Below are positions 50,878-60,372 of a stretch of 64,000 nt of DNA, piece after piece. The translations under genes and the position numbers were made by a program. Source of the stretch: Terriglobia bacterium (GTDB taxonomy: Bacteria; Acidobacteriota; Terriglobia; 2-12-FULL-54-10); NCBI GenBank assembly GCA_963666975.2, contig CAXVYR010000003.1:608001-672000 (forward strand). Reading direction: 5' to 3'. Under the pieces are notes generated by a model. That model saw nothing but the letters and a program-made list of their open reading frames with translations, had not been told where the DNA came from and ran no database searches. Position 1 is the stretch's first letter. Every line of letters starts with the position of its first letter.

Positions 50878-50941
50878 AAGCTGTGCCGAGTTTCGGCTTC
50901 CGTCGTGGAATAGGCCATCTGACGAATGGGGATGAAACATT

Positions 50942-51029
50942 GTAAGATGCTGTCCGGAAAGGCAGTTCCTATAGGGGGTGAACCGATTCCAGTGGCGGGA
51001 CTGGAAGTTTCTCTTCCGGACAGCATTAC
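50942..51029. other. Intergenic multi-stem inverted repeat (candidate structured RNA or repeat)
   Basis: 13-bp perfect IR atgctgtccggaa / ttccggacagcat enclosing ttccagt / actggaa. Confidence 0.55.
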
Positions 51030-51406
51030 TTTATGAATGCCATCTATTTTGCCGATTAGCTTCAGAAGGTCAATGATGCGTTTGCATCATTTTCAGCGAG
51101 AAGTAATAAAACCTCTTCATAATCCCCAGGGTTGTGGCAGACTCGCTCCAATCACACACTGACTAGACTTGACCAAAAGCCATCAACCCCGGATGGCGGC
51201 CATTGGGCCGGAGTTGCTGACCGTTCCTCATCGGGTTAGAGACTCCGGCTTTTTATTTCAGGCTGAGACGGATCGAGAGAACCATCCCCTACCTGTTCCG
51301 CCTCTGCGCGATATTGGCTGCTTCCAGGTGGTGGTGTTCTTGATTGCAGTGGGGGTTCAGTTGGAGGTTGAGGGGTGCATACTGGCAACCGCCGGGGGGC
51401 AAAAAA

Positions 51407-51692
51407 CTATTTTCGGGTAGAAGGAGCCTCTATAGCCTGCCGTTCTTCCAACAACAGGCGGTTCAACTTCCTCAAGTCATTCAGGAGACGACGGCTTGAG
51501 GTGATGTGCGATGAAAGCTTGACCAATTTGTAGCTCACGAGCTGTAGCGCCTGCCTTTGGCGTGCCAACTGAGGGTCTGTGGCGCGAACGATTTCCGTAT
51601 CAACTTGCTGCTGCGCTTCCCCTATCGCCGCTAAGAGGAGATTCACGTACTCAAGAGCGTTCTCAACATTTTCAAATGGGGGTTTCTGACAT
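51407..51692 (-). pseudogene. Small helical hypothetical protein with a +1 frameshift in a G5 run (51678-51682)
   Basis: Removing one base gives MSETPFENVENALEYVNLL...SSRRLLNDLRKL. Confidence 0.6.
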
Positions 51693-51866
51693 GAGGGTTG
51701 TTACGTCTTCCTGGATAATTTCTTCCTTTGCACACCCACCCGGGCAACCGCTATCGCAGCCAGCAGAGGAAACTTCACCATTCTCATACCCACCCCTATT
51801 AAAACCCTCCTGGAAAGTCCTCATAGGTCCGTTCGTTGCAATCAATCTCTCATTGTGATGGGGTGT

Positions 51867-53315
51867 GAAGGTGTCCCAAACTCAGTTGCAGGTTGGGACG
51901 GCGGGTTGAGTTCATATTACGCCACTTCCTCCTTGTGAGAGGAAGCAGCGTTTGGACTTCGGCCGAGAATCGATGCCAAAGCCCAGAGATCGTGATAACC
52001 CATGATCTTCCGGAAATTCTTCTCGGTCAGCAGAAACGCTCCTGCCACCCAGCGCAACGTCATCTCGCCGTCGCGCCAGCGGCAAACATTGCCAGTCTTT
52101 TTCCGCACGCCCGACTGCGGGCTCTCGATGAGGTTCGTGGTTGCCAGGCAGCGGTGGAGGCTGGGAGGAACGTCGGCTCGATTGATCGTAAAGGTCTCCT
52201 CCAACCCTTCGCGCAAGCTGGCGGCTGCTGCCGGATGATCGCACTCGATCATCCCAGCGAGCTTCTTTATGCGCACGATGCCTTCCTCGGCTTGGGGCAA
52301 TCGCCAGGCGGCGCGCATCAGCGACCGCACCTGATTCGCCAGCATTTTGTCGCCCTTTGGTAACCGCTCAGCCACGTTGCGCAGCTTATGAGTACGGCAA
52401 CGCTGCACCAGCTGATTGCTGCCGAATACTTCCTCGATCCCCGCGCGGAGCGCTTTGGCGCCGTCGATCACAAACAGATAGCGCTGATCCGTGCGCAGAC
52501 CTTGCTGGCGCAGGCGGGTGAGAAGGTCTTTCACCGCAGCGGCGTTTTCGGTCGCGCCCAGTTGAATCCCCAGCACATGCTTGCGGCCCTCGCTGTCCAC
52601 GCCCACGGCGCTGATGACGTGGTGGGAGCCGAACCGCATTCCGTCCAGGTAAATCACCAGAATCTCGACCTCCTCCCAGCGCCGCGCCAACAGTTCTTCC
52701 AGCCGCCGCGCTCCTTGCTCGGCCGCTTCCCGGCTCACCTGAGACTTCGACACCCCAGCGCTGTTGGCCATCTCCGGGATCACCTCGCGGTAGTTCCGCG
52801 TCGAAACCCCTTTCAACAGTGCCTCGAACATCTCCTCGCCCGTCTTCTCGCTTTTCCGCAGCGCTTCGTAGGCCGGCACCGCTTCTTCCCCTCCGCCCTT
52901 CCGGCGCAGCCGGGGCCGCTCCACCCGCAGCTGGCGATCGGCCAGTTTCACCCTCCCCAATTGCCGGCCATGCCAGCGCACCTCTCCGCTCGCCTTCCCG
53001 GGACTCTTTGGCCCCGCGATTTGCTCTGCGCTCATGCTCAGAATCGTTTCAATCAAACCTCGCCCGGCCCGATCAATCACCTCATCCACCGCCAGACGCG
53101 CCTCCGTGATCAGATCCACCACCGGCAACAGCATCTGTCCGTTGGTTTGGCAAAACTTCTGGATGGTTTCTTCGGCTCCCTTGGAACCCAGTTCCAAAAC
53201 GTGATATTTTCCCTTCATTCGGCGGTTCTCCTTCTATAGGATTTAGGCTTGGCCCGATTCTATTCGATTCGGGCCGAACCGCCGTTCAACCTTCAACTAT
53301 GTATGGGACACCCTC
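51867..53315 (-). mobile_element. IS256-family element copy 4 (1449 bp), TSD TGGGGTGT
   Basis: TIRs and perfect 8-bp TSD. Confidence 0.97.
51917..53218 (-). CDS. IS256 transposase
   Basis: 433 aa, near-identical to copy 1. Confidence 0.96.
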   Translation of the reverse strand: MKGKYHVLELGSKGAEETIQKFCQTNGQMLLPVVDLITEARLAVDEVIDRAGRGLIETILSMSAEQIAGPKSPGKASGEVRWHGRQLGRVKLADRQLRVERPRLRRKGGGEEAVPAYEALRKSEKTGEEMFEALLKGVSTRNYREVIPEMANSAGVSKSQVSREAAEQGARRLEELLARRWEEVEILVIYLDGMRFGSHHVISAVGVDSEGRKHVLGIQLGATENAAAVKDLLTRLRQQGLRTDQRYLFVIDGAKALRAGIEEVFGSNQLVQRCRTHKLRNVAERLPKGDKMLANQVRSLMRAAWRLPQAEEGIVRIKKLAGMIECDHPAAAASLREGLEETFTINRADVPPSLHRCLATTNLIESPQSGVRKKTGNVCRWRDGEMTLRWVAGAFLLTEKNFRKIMGYHDLWALASILGRSPNAASSHKEEVA

Positions 53316-53587
53316 TGGGGTGTTTGAGCGAGAGCGTTTTGATTGTCAGAACAAGACAATCCCAGAGAAGCAATAGTACAGTGGATGTGAAGAAATTCCT
53401 CTTCCGCAACTTCATGCCTTAGGCCTCCTTGCTACCGGACAAAACTTCGCTGCCCAAATCCGCAGCACATGCATTGCCAAGGCAACCAGGGTGTCAACTT
53501 ATTGATAACAACGTCATTCGTTAGGACCCAAAAGGACCCGATGGTGGGAAGCGGAAGAGTATTTCCGTTTTGTGACAAAGTTGAGAC

Positions 53588-53883
53588 GTAAAACACGCAC
53601 GGTACTACTGGCTCCTGCTGGCAGAGAGCCATCTGACTCGACGGCTATTTGCCAGCATGCTGGGGCGGATTGATGGATTGGCGCTCCCGTCAGGATAGCC
53701 GGGGCTACGGCACGCAAGAAAACGATGCCGCTATCCGCCAGGAATGTAGAGGTGTCTGAAAAAGCTGCTTCTGGAAGCCGATGGTACCGTCTCTGGGAGA
53801 TTAGATTGTGCTCGGGGAGGGCTCGACTGGAGGTATCCGGGTGTATACTGCCAACCACCGGAAGGCCAAAAAGTCAATTCCGG
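53588..53883 (+). mobile_element. IS1380-family right-end remnant
   Basis: 53588-53698 encodes VKHARYYWLLLAESHLTRRLFASMLGRI...*, recalled as an IS1380 transposase C-terminus; possible end caaaaagtcaattccgg. Confidence 0.65.
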
Positions 53884-54102
53884 ATTGAAAACGTTGACAC
53901 CTAATCTATGCACAGAACCATACGGCAGCCGCCTTTCCGCCTCAAGCCCCGATTATTGGCGCCGGTTGCAACATAGGCAGGCTGGAAATATAGCTCATAC
54001 TTTGCTTCCCCGACCCTGCAGGACAGCATAAATTCTGGTAGAAAGGCACTGCAACTTCAATCAACAAATCTCCTTCTGATTTCCATCGAGAAAGAAGCGG
54101 CA

Positions 54103-55635
54103 ATGAGTTGGAAAGACCTGGCGGAAATGGCCCCGAAGCTTTCGGAAGCGGAGATCCGCTTCGAGAAGAAACGGAGGCTCGCTGGACTGGTTCTGGGGCC
54201 GCTGCTGTTTGCCATTGCTCTTCTTGCACCCCCGTTAGAACACGTGACTCCCTTGGGCATGCGCACCCTGGGCATCTTCTTGTGGACCGTCACGTGGTGG
54301 ATCTCGGAGGCGATTCCCATCCCTGCGACCGCTTTGTTCTCCATGGCCCTGCTGGTTGTCTGCGGAATCCTGCCGGCGCAGGAAGCCTTCAATTACTGGG
54401 CCAACTGGGTCAATATTTTCCTCATTGGCGCCTTTATCATCGGACACGCCACCAGCATCCACGGCCTGACGCGCCGCCTTGCCTACCGCATGATCGCCTC
54501 GCCGCTGCTCGCCGGCGACCCCTGGAGAATGCTGGTGTTATTTGGGGTCGGCCCGGCTCTATTCAGCGCGGTCATCTCCAACGTGGTCTCCACCATGATC
54601 TTTCTCTCGATCGCGCTGGGCCTGATGAAAACCCTGCAGTTCCCGCAAGAAGGCCGCTACGGCGAATCACTGTGTCTGGCCATCGCTTGGGGAGCGGCCA
54701 TGGGAGGAATTATCACCCCGGTCGGGTCGGCGCCCAATCTGATTATTATCGGGTTTATGGAGCCGCTCGGCTACAGCATTGGTTTTGCCCAGTGGACCGC
54801 AGTCTGCCTGCCCGTCGCTGTGGCCGGGCTGGCGGCGATGTTTTTTGTGATCCGGTATATCCTTCGCCCGCAGACGACGGGCTGGCAAGTGTCACCGGAG
54901 TCGCTCCGGCAGGAGTTGCAGAAGCTGGGCCCCATGAGCCGGGGAGAAAAAATAGCCGGCGGCGCGCTTCTCACCGCCGTGTTTCTGTGGGTGCTGCCGG
55001 ACATGGCGCGTATCGTCTTGGGAAGAGATCACGCCTTCAGCGTCTGGCTCACCGTGCATTTGGGCTGGCAGGTAAGCGCCATTTTAGTGGCGACCGCGTT
55101 GTTTTTGATCCCGGTCGATTGGGAGAAACGAACATTTGCCATGAATTGGCCGGAGGCCGTAAAGGGAATCGAATGGGGAACGCTGAGCTTGATTGGAGGC
55201 GCGCTGGCTTTAGGCAGCATGCTCGCTCACCGGACACTGGGACTGGGAGAGTTCTTTGCGCAAAGCATCTCTTCGCTGGCTGTCTCGGGCGCTTCCCCGT
55301 TCTTGTTCGTGCTGGGGGGAGTCGTCTTTACGATCCTGCTCACAAACCTGGCCTCGAACGTGGCCGTCAGCAGCATGGTGGGCGCGCTCGCCCTGGCGGT
55401 GCTTCCTTCGACCGGACTCAATCCTCTCGCCCTGATGGTCCCCATCGCCCTGGCAAGCTCCATGGCTTTCTCGCTTCCCATGGCCACGCCGCCGAACGCC
55501 ATCGTCTTCGCCAGCGGCGAGGTCCGCATCATGAACATGTTCAAGAGCGGAGCGGCTCTCTCCCTGATTTGCATTGCGATCCTCTCGCTGTTCGGTTTCA
55601 TTTTAGCCGAATGGATTTTTCCCCAGGGTGGTTAA
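54103..55635 (+). CDS. DASS/SLC13 family anion symporter
   Basis: WWISEAIPIPAT, ISNV, GGIITPVGSAPN, ASNVA, LPMATPPNAIVF. Confidence 0.93.
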   Translation: MSWKDLAEMAPKLSEAEIRFEKKRRLAGLVLGPLLFAIALLAPPLEHVTPLGMRTLGIFLWTVTWWISEAIPIPATALFSMALLVVCGILPAQEAFNYWANWVNIFLIGAFIIGHATSIHGLTRRLAYRMIASPLLAGDPWRMLVLFGVGPALFSAVISNVVSTMIFLSIALGLMKTLQFPQEGRYGESLCLAIAWGAAMGGIITPVGSAPNLIIIGFMEPLGYSIGFAQWTAVCLPVAVAGLAAMFFVIRYILRPQTTGWQVSPESLRQELQKLGPMSRGEKIAGGALLTAVFLWVLPDMARIVLGRDHAFSVWLTVHLGWQVSAILVATALFLIPVDWEKRTFAMNWPEAVKGIEWGTLSLIGGALALGSMLAHRTLGLGEFFAQSISSLAVSGASPFLFVLGGVVFTILLTNLASNVAVSSMVGALALAVLPSTGLNPLALMVPIALASSMAFSLPMATPPNAIVFASGEVRIMNMFKSGAALSLICIAILSLFGFILAEWIFPQGG

Positions 55636-55648
55636 TACCGCACCGGTT

Positions 55649-55999
55649 TCAGGCACAGGGCTGCCCGAGTGGCGATGAGTGCGGTGTCCTCTCCCCCAGG
55701 GCCCTGTGAGGAGGACTCTCATTGTACTCCCTCCGCCAAGCCACGATGAACTGCCTAGCTTCTCCCAGTGTTGTGAACCAATGTACATTTAGGCACTCAT
55801 CCCGAAACGTCTGCTCCGAGATCCCTACCTCCCGGACCAGTTCCCCCACCGGCACCCCTACCTCTGCCTGCTTCAGTACTCCCACGATCTGCTCCACGCT
55901 GAATCGCTTCTGTTTCACGGCATATCCCCCTTCTTGAAGTCCTCGATTCTGCCGCAAAAACTCATTCTCAACTTGGCTCAAAAAACTGGGGGCCGGTCA
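55649..55999 (-). mobile_element. IS3-family remnant with internal deletion
   Basis: KRFSVEQIVGVLKQAE...GISEQTF fused to RDECLNVHWF...WRREYN...PH..LG; TG... terminus at 55999. Confidence 0.8.
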
Positions 56000-56031
56000 T
56001 CACAACCTGGGGCTGTAAACTGATTCCGGGG

Positions 56032-56449
56032 TGACCTGACCGGCGTTTTTTGTACCACCTGAAGTGAGAGAAAATCTCATGAAGGAGGAAAGCCGGACAT
56101 GCCCAACCGGAATTACAAACCCGAGCAGATTGTAACGATTCTGCGGCAGATTGAGGTGGCGGTGGCGAACGGGAAATCGACGCCGCAGGCGTGCAAGGAG
56201 GCGGAAATCCACACGCTAGCTGGGGGATGAATGCCTGAACGGAGAGATTTTTTACTCGCTGAAGGAGGCCCAGATCGTGATCGAGCAGTGGCGGCAGGAG
56301 TACAACACCCGGAGGCCGCATTCCGCGCTCGGCTATAGGCCCCCGGCGCCGGGGGCCTATAGCCCTTTGCTGCCAAGGATCCTCGTTTCACAGCCCAGGC
56401 TGTGATATAACTCTCTCATTGGGATTGGTACAAAAAATCGGTCCGGTCA
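56032..56449 (+). mobile_element. Internally deleted IS3-family element with both TIRs
   Basis: tgacctgaccgg..ttttttgtacca / tggtacaaaaaatcggtccggtca; OrfA start YKPEQIVTILRQIE plus OrfB end DECLNGEIFYSLKEA...RPHSALGY. Confidence 0.85.
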
Positions 56450-56543
56450 CCTTTGGACGAGGGTGGTCGTGCGATTAGCTATTTCTGCCTGATGGAAATC
56501 CCCAAATGGAAAAGGTGGCTGATAGAGAGGGGACACAAAAAGC

Positions 56544-58295
56544 ATGATGCACAAGGTAGAAAAGGTAGAAACTGATGTCTTGGTGATCGGAGGCGGCATC
56601 GCTGCGGCGTTTGCCGCCTACAGGGCCCGTCGCTCCGGGGCGCGTGTCTTGTTGGTCGATCGATCGTATTTCGGCCGCAGCGGTTGCAGCGCCCTAGCCT
56701 CGGGAGTCTATCCCACGTACATGCCGGGCGACAAGGAGGAAGATTGGATCCAAGGGCTTGGCGCCGGGCCATTAGTGAACCAGCGCTTGCTGGTCAAATC
56801 GCTGCCGGTCATGTACGAACACTTGATGACCATGGACCGCTGGGGCGTGAAGTGGATGAAGGAAGGCAAGGAAATCGTGAGGATGGGCGCTCCGGGACGC
56901 ACCTTTAAGAATGGCGCCTGGATGACGGAGGGCGGCCCGCAAATGATGATGGCGGTGCGGGCGGGCGTGCTTGAGAGCGGTGTCCAGACGCTGAACCGGG
57001 TGGCGATCACGGAACTGTTAACCTCCGATGGCACGCTTCCTACCGAAGGACAGGTCACCGGCGCGGTGGGATTTCATGTTCGCGATGGCGGAATTTACTC
57101 CATTCAAGCCAAAGCCACCATCGTGTGCACCGGACCGTACAAATTTCCCTATCCCTGGCCAGGGAGCACGCTGGGATACATGCCCATCGACCTTTCCGGC
57201 GACGGGATTGCCATGATGCTGCGCGCTGGAGCACAGCTCTCACGCTTGGAACTAGGGGGGATCAATCTCAATCCAGACCACCTTCTCTGCGCGCCGGGTC
57301 TGGAATCGCTGATGCCCTCCGGGGCGCGATTCGTAGATAAAAACGGTCGGCGCTTTTTGGAAAACTACGATCCGAAACGGATGGAGATGACCAGCCGAGC
57401 CCTTCTCTACTTTGCCATCTCGCACCAGAAAGAACTCGGCAATGTCCCGTCCATGGACTTGAGAGGGATCGCGTCCGAGCGGTTGGAACTTTTAAAGAAA
57501 GTGATCCCCATTATCATTTCAAATTATGAGGGTCTGGGGGTGGATATCACCAAAGAGCCGGTTCCATACAGCTATCAGGTGGCTGGCACATCGGGTATTT
57601 TTGGCGCCGGAGCACGCATCACAGAGCAGGGGGAAACCACTATTACCGGCTTGTATGCCGCCGGGGGCTGCACCGACAACGCCTATCTTCCCGGCGGACA
57701 TCTATCCTTCTGCTCGACGACCGGCCACTGGGCGGGAGAAGCGGCCGCCGCCTTCGCTGCCCGGTCGGAGCAAGGAACTTTTTTGCCACAGCAGGTTCAA
57801 CAAGCCATCGAGGCCATTGAATTGCCCTTAATACGGACGGACGGTCTGGATTACGAGCCGGTCCATCGGCGACTAGGGGAAATGCTGATGGAGAAAGTTG
57901 GCTTGGTGCTTCGTGCTGACCGGCTTCAGTATGCCATTGATAAACTTTTGGAGATGCGTGAGACGGAGATCTCGCGACTCCACGCTCGCGATTATCACGA
58001 ATTAGCGAAGGTTTGTGGGCTTCAGCAGTATTGCCAGGTCTTGGAGGCGACGCTGCGGGCGTACCTATACCGTACGGAAAGCCGCGTGGCCTTCATCCGA
58101 GAAGATTTTCCGGTTATCGACAATGTCAACTGGGTGAAAATGATTGTGGTGCAACGCCAAGGCAAGAACCTGAAGCTCTGGGACGAACCGATTCCCGAAT
58201 ACTTTCATATCGTTCCCGTCCGCCCTACGCAGAATTTGCATCTGGTATTCCGCAATGCTACTCCCGCAGCGCATTCGAAAGCGCTGGGGTCTTAA
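56544..58295 (+). CDS. FAD-binding flavoprotein, SdhA/FrdA/AprA/NadB family
   Basis: DVLVIGGGIAA, GRSGCS, SGDGIAM..RAGA, GLYAAG, RTESR...REDFP. Confidence 0.9.
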   Translation: MMHKVEKVETDVLVIGGGIAAAFAAYRARRSGARVLLVDRSYFGRSGCSALASGVYPTYMPGDKEEDWIQGLGAGPLVNQRLLVKSLPVMYEHLMTMDRWGVKWMKEGKEIVRMGAPGRTFKNGAWMTEGGPQMMMAVRAGVLESGVQTLNRVAITELLTSDGTLPTEGQVTGAVGFHVRDGGIYSIQAKATIVCTGPYKFPYPWPGSTLGYMPIDLSGDGIAMMLRAGAQLSRLELGGINLNPDHLLCAPGLESLMPSGARFVDKNGRRFLENYDPKRMEMTSRALLYFAISHQKELGNVPSMDLRGIASERLELLKKVIPIIISNYEGLGVDITKEPVPYSYQVAGTSGIFGAGARITEQGETTITGLYAAGGCTDNAYLPGGHLSFCSTTGHWAGEAAAAFAARSEQGTFLPQQVQQAIEAIELPLIRTDGLDYEPVHRRLGEMLMEKVGLVLRADRLQYAIDKLLEMRETEISRLHARDYHELAKVCGLQQYCQVLEATLRAYLYRTESRVAFIREDFPVIDNVNWVKMIVVQRQGKNLKLWDEPIPEYFHIVPVRPTQNLHLVFRNATPAAHSKALGS

Positions 58296-58311
58296 GGGAT
58301 GAAAGGATCTC

Positions 58312-58521
58312 ATGCCGAAGGTTGAAATCAACAAGGCCGCCTGTACTGGCTGTGGCGTTTGTGTCGAGACGTGTCCTACGGATGTCCTCCGGCTCGATAA
58401 ACACGGAATGGCGTTTGCGGCCTATGAGGCGGACTGTCAGGGCTGTTTCATCTGCCAGTGGGACTGCGCCTATGAAGCCATTCGGGTCCGCATTCGCGGC
58501 GGTCAGGAGATAGACGCATGA
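58312..58521 (+). CDS. 2x[4Fe-4S] ferredoxin (AprB-like partner)
   Basis: CTGCGVCVETCP and CQGCFICQWDC. Confidence 0.9.
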   Translation: MPKVEINKAACTGCGVCVETCPTDVLRLDKHGMAFAAYEADCQGCFICQWDCAYEAIRVRIRGGQEIDA

Positions 58522-58581
58522 GGTCTTTCCCGATCCGGACAATAGCTGAAGGTTGACCCAGTTCATGGAGATGAAATCTTA

Positions 58582-60201
58582 TTGAATAATTCTCAGGACC
58601 TGAAACAGAAAATTGCGAGATTCATGCCGCTGCTGACAGCGTCGGATTGCTGTGATCGGAATGGCCGCGAAATCGGGGAGAAAGAGGCCATTGTCGATCG
58701 CTGCCGGCGCCTGACGTGGGCCCAGGTGAAAGAGCTGTCGGACAGGTTGGCGCTGTGGTTTCTGAATTTAGGTTTGCAGCGAAATAGCCGCGTCTTGGTG
58801 CAGCTCCCCAACTGTGCCGAGCTTTTCCTGGTCCGGCTGGCTTGCGAAAAAGCGGGACTGCGCCTGATCACGGTGCGGCCGGCGTTTCGATATGCCGAGC
58901 TGTCGTCCATCGTTCAGTTCACGAGGCCCGAGACGGTGATCATTCCCCGCGAGTTCCGGGGATTTAATCACTATGAGCTGTTCCAAAAAATCCGCACGCC
59001 GGAACTGAAACACGTTCTGGTTGCGGGACAAGACGTGCCGCCCGGGGCCTTCTCGTTGGAGGAGATCCTGGCGACGGCGGCAAATCTCGCAAGGGGCGCA
59101 GCGAAGCTACAGGAGAGCCGGCACAGTATTCTGGACGTGTGCCAGATTTCCACCACCAGCGGGAGCACCGGGATACCAAAGTGTGTTGAGGTGCCCCTGT
59201 ATACCAGACTACTTACGGGCTGGATTCATTCGCAGCGTTTTGGCGTAAATGCCAACGATACACTCGCTGCTGTAACTTCCATCGTTGCGGGCACGGCGGA
59301 CGCGATCGTCTATAACGCAGGATGTCAGTTGGGCGCCCGTCTTGTTCTCATCGATCACTTCTCTCCCCAAGAACTTTGCGCCACGCTCCAAGCCGAACGG
59401 GTCGATGCGATCCCGCTGGTGCCTACAATGCTGGCCCGGATGATGGCCCTGGAAATTCTACCCCGAAACAAGTTAGCTTTACGGGTCGTTATAAATCACG
59501 CTGCCACATTGCCTATCACCACAGGAGCGGAGGCAGAAAAACGTCTGGACTGCCGCATCATGCAGGCATACGGAACGGTTGATTGCGGGGGCATCTCGTC
59601 CACCTCCTGGGATGATCCGCAGGAGATTCGCTTGGGAACCGTCGGCCGGCCGCTGGATGGAAACGAGCTACGGATTATTGCCTCGGAAGGCCAGGCGGTT
59701 CGTCCAGGAGAGGTCGGCCGCCTTTTGGTGCGTGGATTGCACACGGGGGCCGGTTTTTTTAAGAATCCGAATCTTGACGCCAACAGACGACGTGGGGATT
59801 ACTTCGACCTACAGGAGTTTGGTCGCATGGACGAAGAAGGAAATTTGGCGCTTGTGGGGCGGGAGCAGGATCTCATTATCCGAGGTGGACAAAATATCTA
59901 TCCCATCGATGTTGAATCGGCCTTAATGCAACATCCGAAAATTTCCGAAGTCTGTGTCATGGGCATCCCGGACGCAGAGATGGGAGAGCGACTCTGTGGC
60001 TATGTAGTTTGCCGCGAGGGACAAAGCCTTACGCTTTCTGACGCCACTGCTTTCCTGGAGCATGTCGGGCTCGCTAAATTCAAATGGCCGGAGCGGATTG
60101 AAGTGGTGACCTCTCTGCCCAAAGTGGCCTCCGGCCACAAAATCGACAAGCAAAAACTGAAAGAAAACTTCCTGTCCCTACCAATAATTCGACCGACTTG
60201 A
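58582..60201 (+). CDS. Acyl/aryl-CoA ligase (AMP-binding family)
   Basis: TTSGSTGIPK, QAYG, GTVGRP, GR..DLIIRGGQNIYP, KFKWPE, LPK...KIDK. Confidence 0.92.
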   Translation: MNNSQDLKQKIARFMPLLTASDCCDRNGREIGEKEAIVDRCRRLTWAQVKELSDRLALWFLNLGLQRNSRVLVQLPNCAELFLVRLACEKAGLRLITVRPAFRYAELSSIVQFTRPETVIIPREFRGFNHYELFQKIRTPELKHVLVAGQDVPPGAFSLEEILATAANLARGAAKLQESRHSILDVCQISTTSGSTGIPKCVEVPLYTRLLTGWIHSQRFGVNANDTLAAVTSIVAGTADAIVYNAGCQLGARLVLIDHFSPQELCATLQAERVDAIPLVPTMLARMMALEILPRNKLALRVVINHAATLPITTGAEAEKRLDCRIMQAYGTVDCGGISSTSWDDPQEIRLGTVGRPLDGNELRIIASEGQAVRPGEVGRLLVRGLHTGAGFFKNPNLDANRRRGDYFDLQEFGRMDEEGNLALVGREQDLIIRGGQNIYPIDVESALMQHPKISEVCVMGIPDAEMGERLCGYVVCREGQSLTLSDATAFLEHVGLAKFKWPERIEVVTSLPKVASGHKIDKQKLKENFLSLPIIRPT

Positions 60202-60372
60202 GGTGACAACAGCAGATCGGTAAACCAAAGTGCATTGCTCGCAGGTAATCGTCGAGGATAGCGATTTTGCACTGTGATCTTGTGCAGGCTGGGGTGCTTC
60301 TTCGGTTATGCTGTTAATCAACCACTGCTTCAAACGTACGAATACGCACTGTAGCTGTGAGCGAATGGATTT

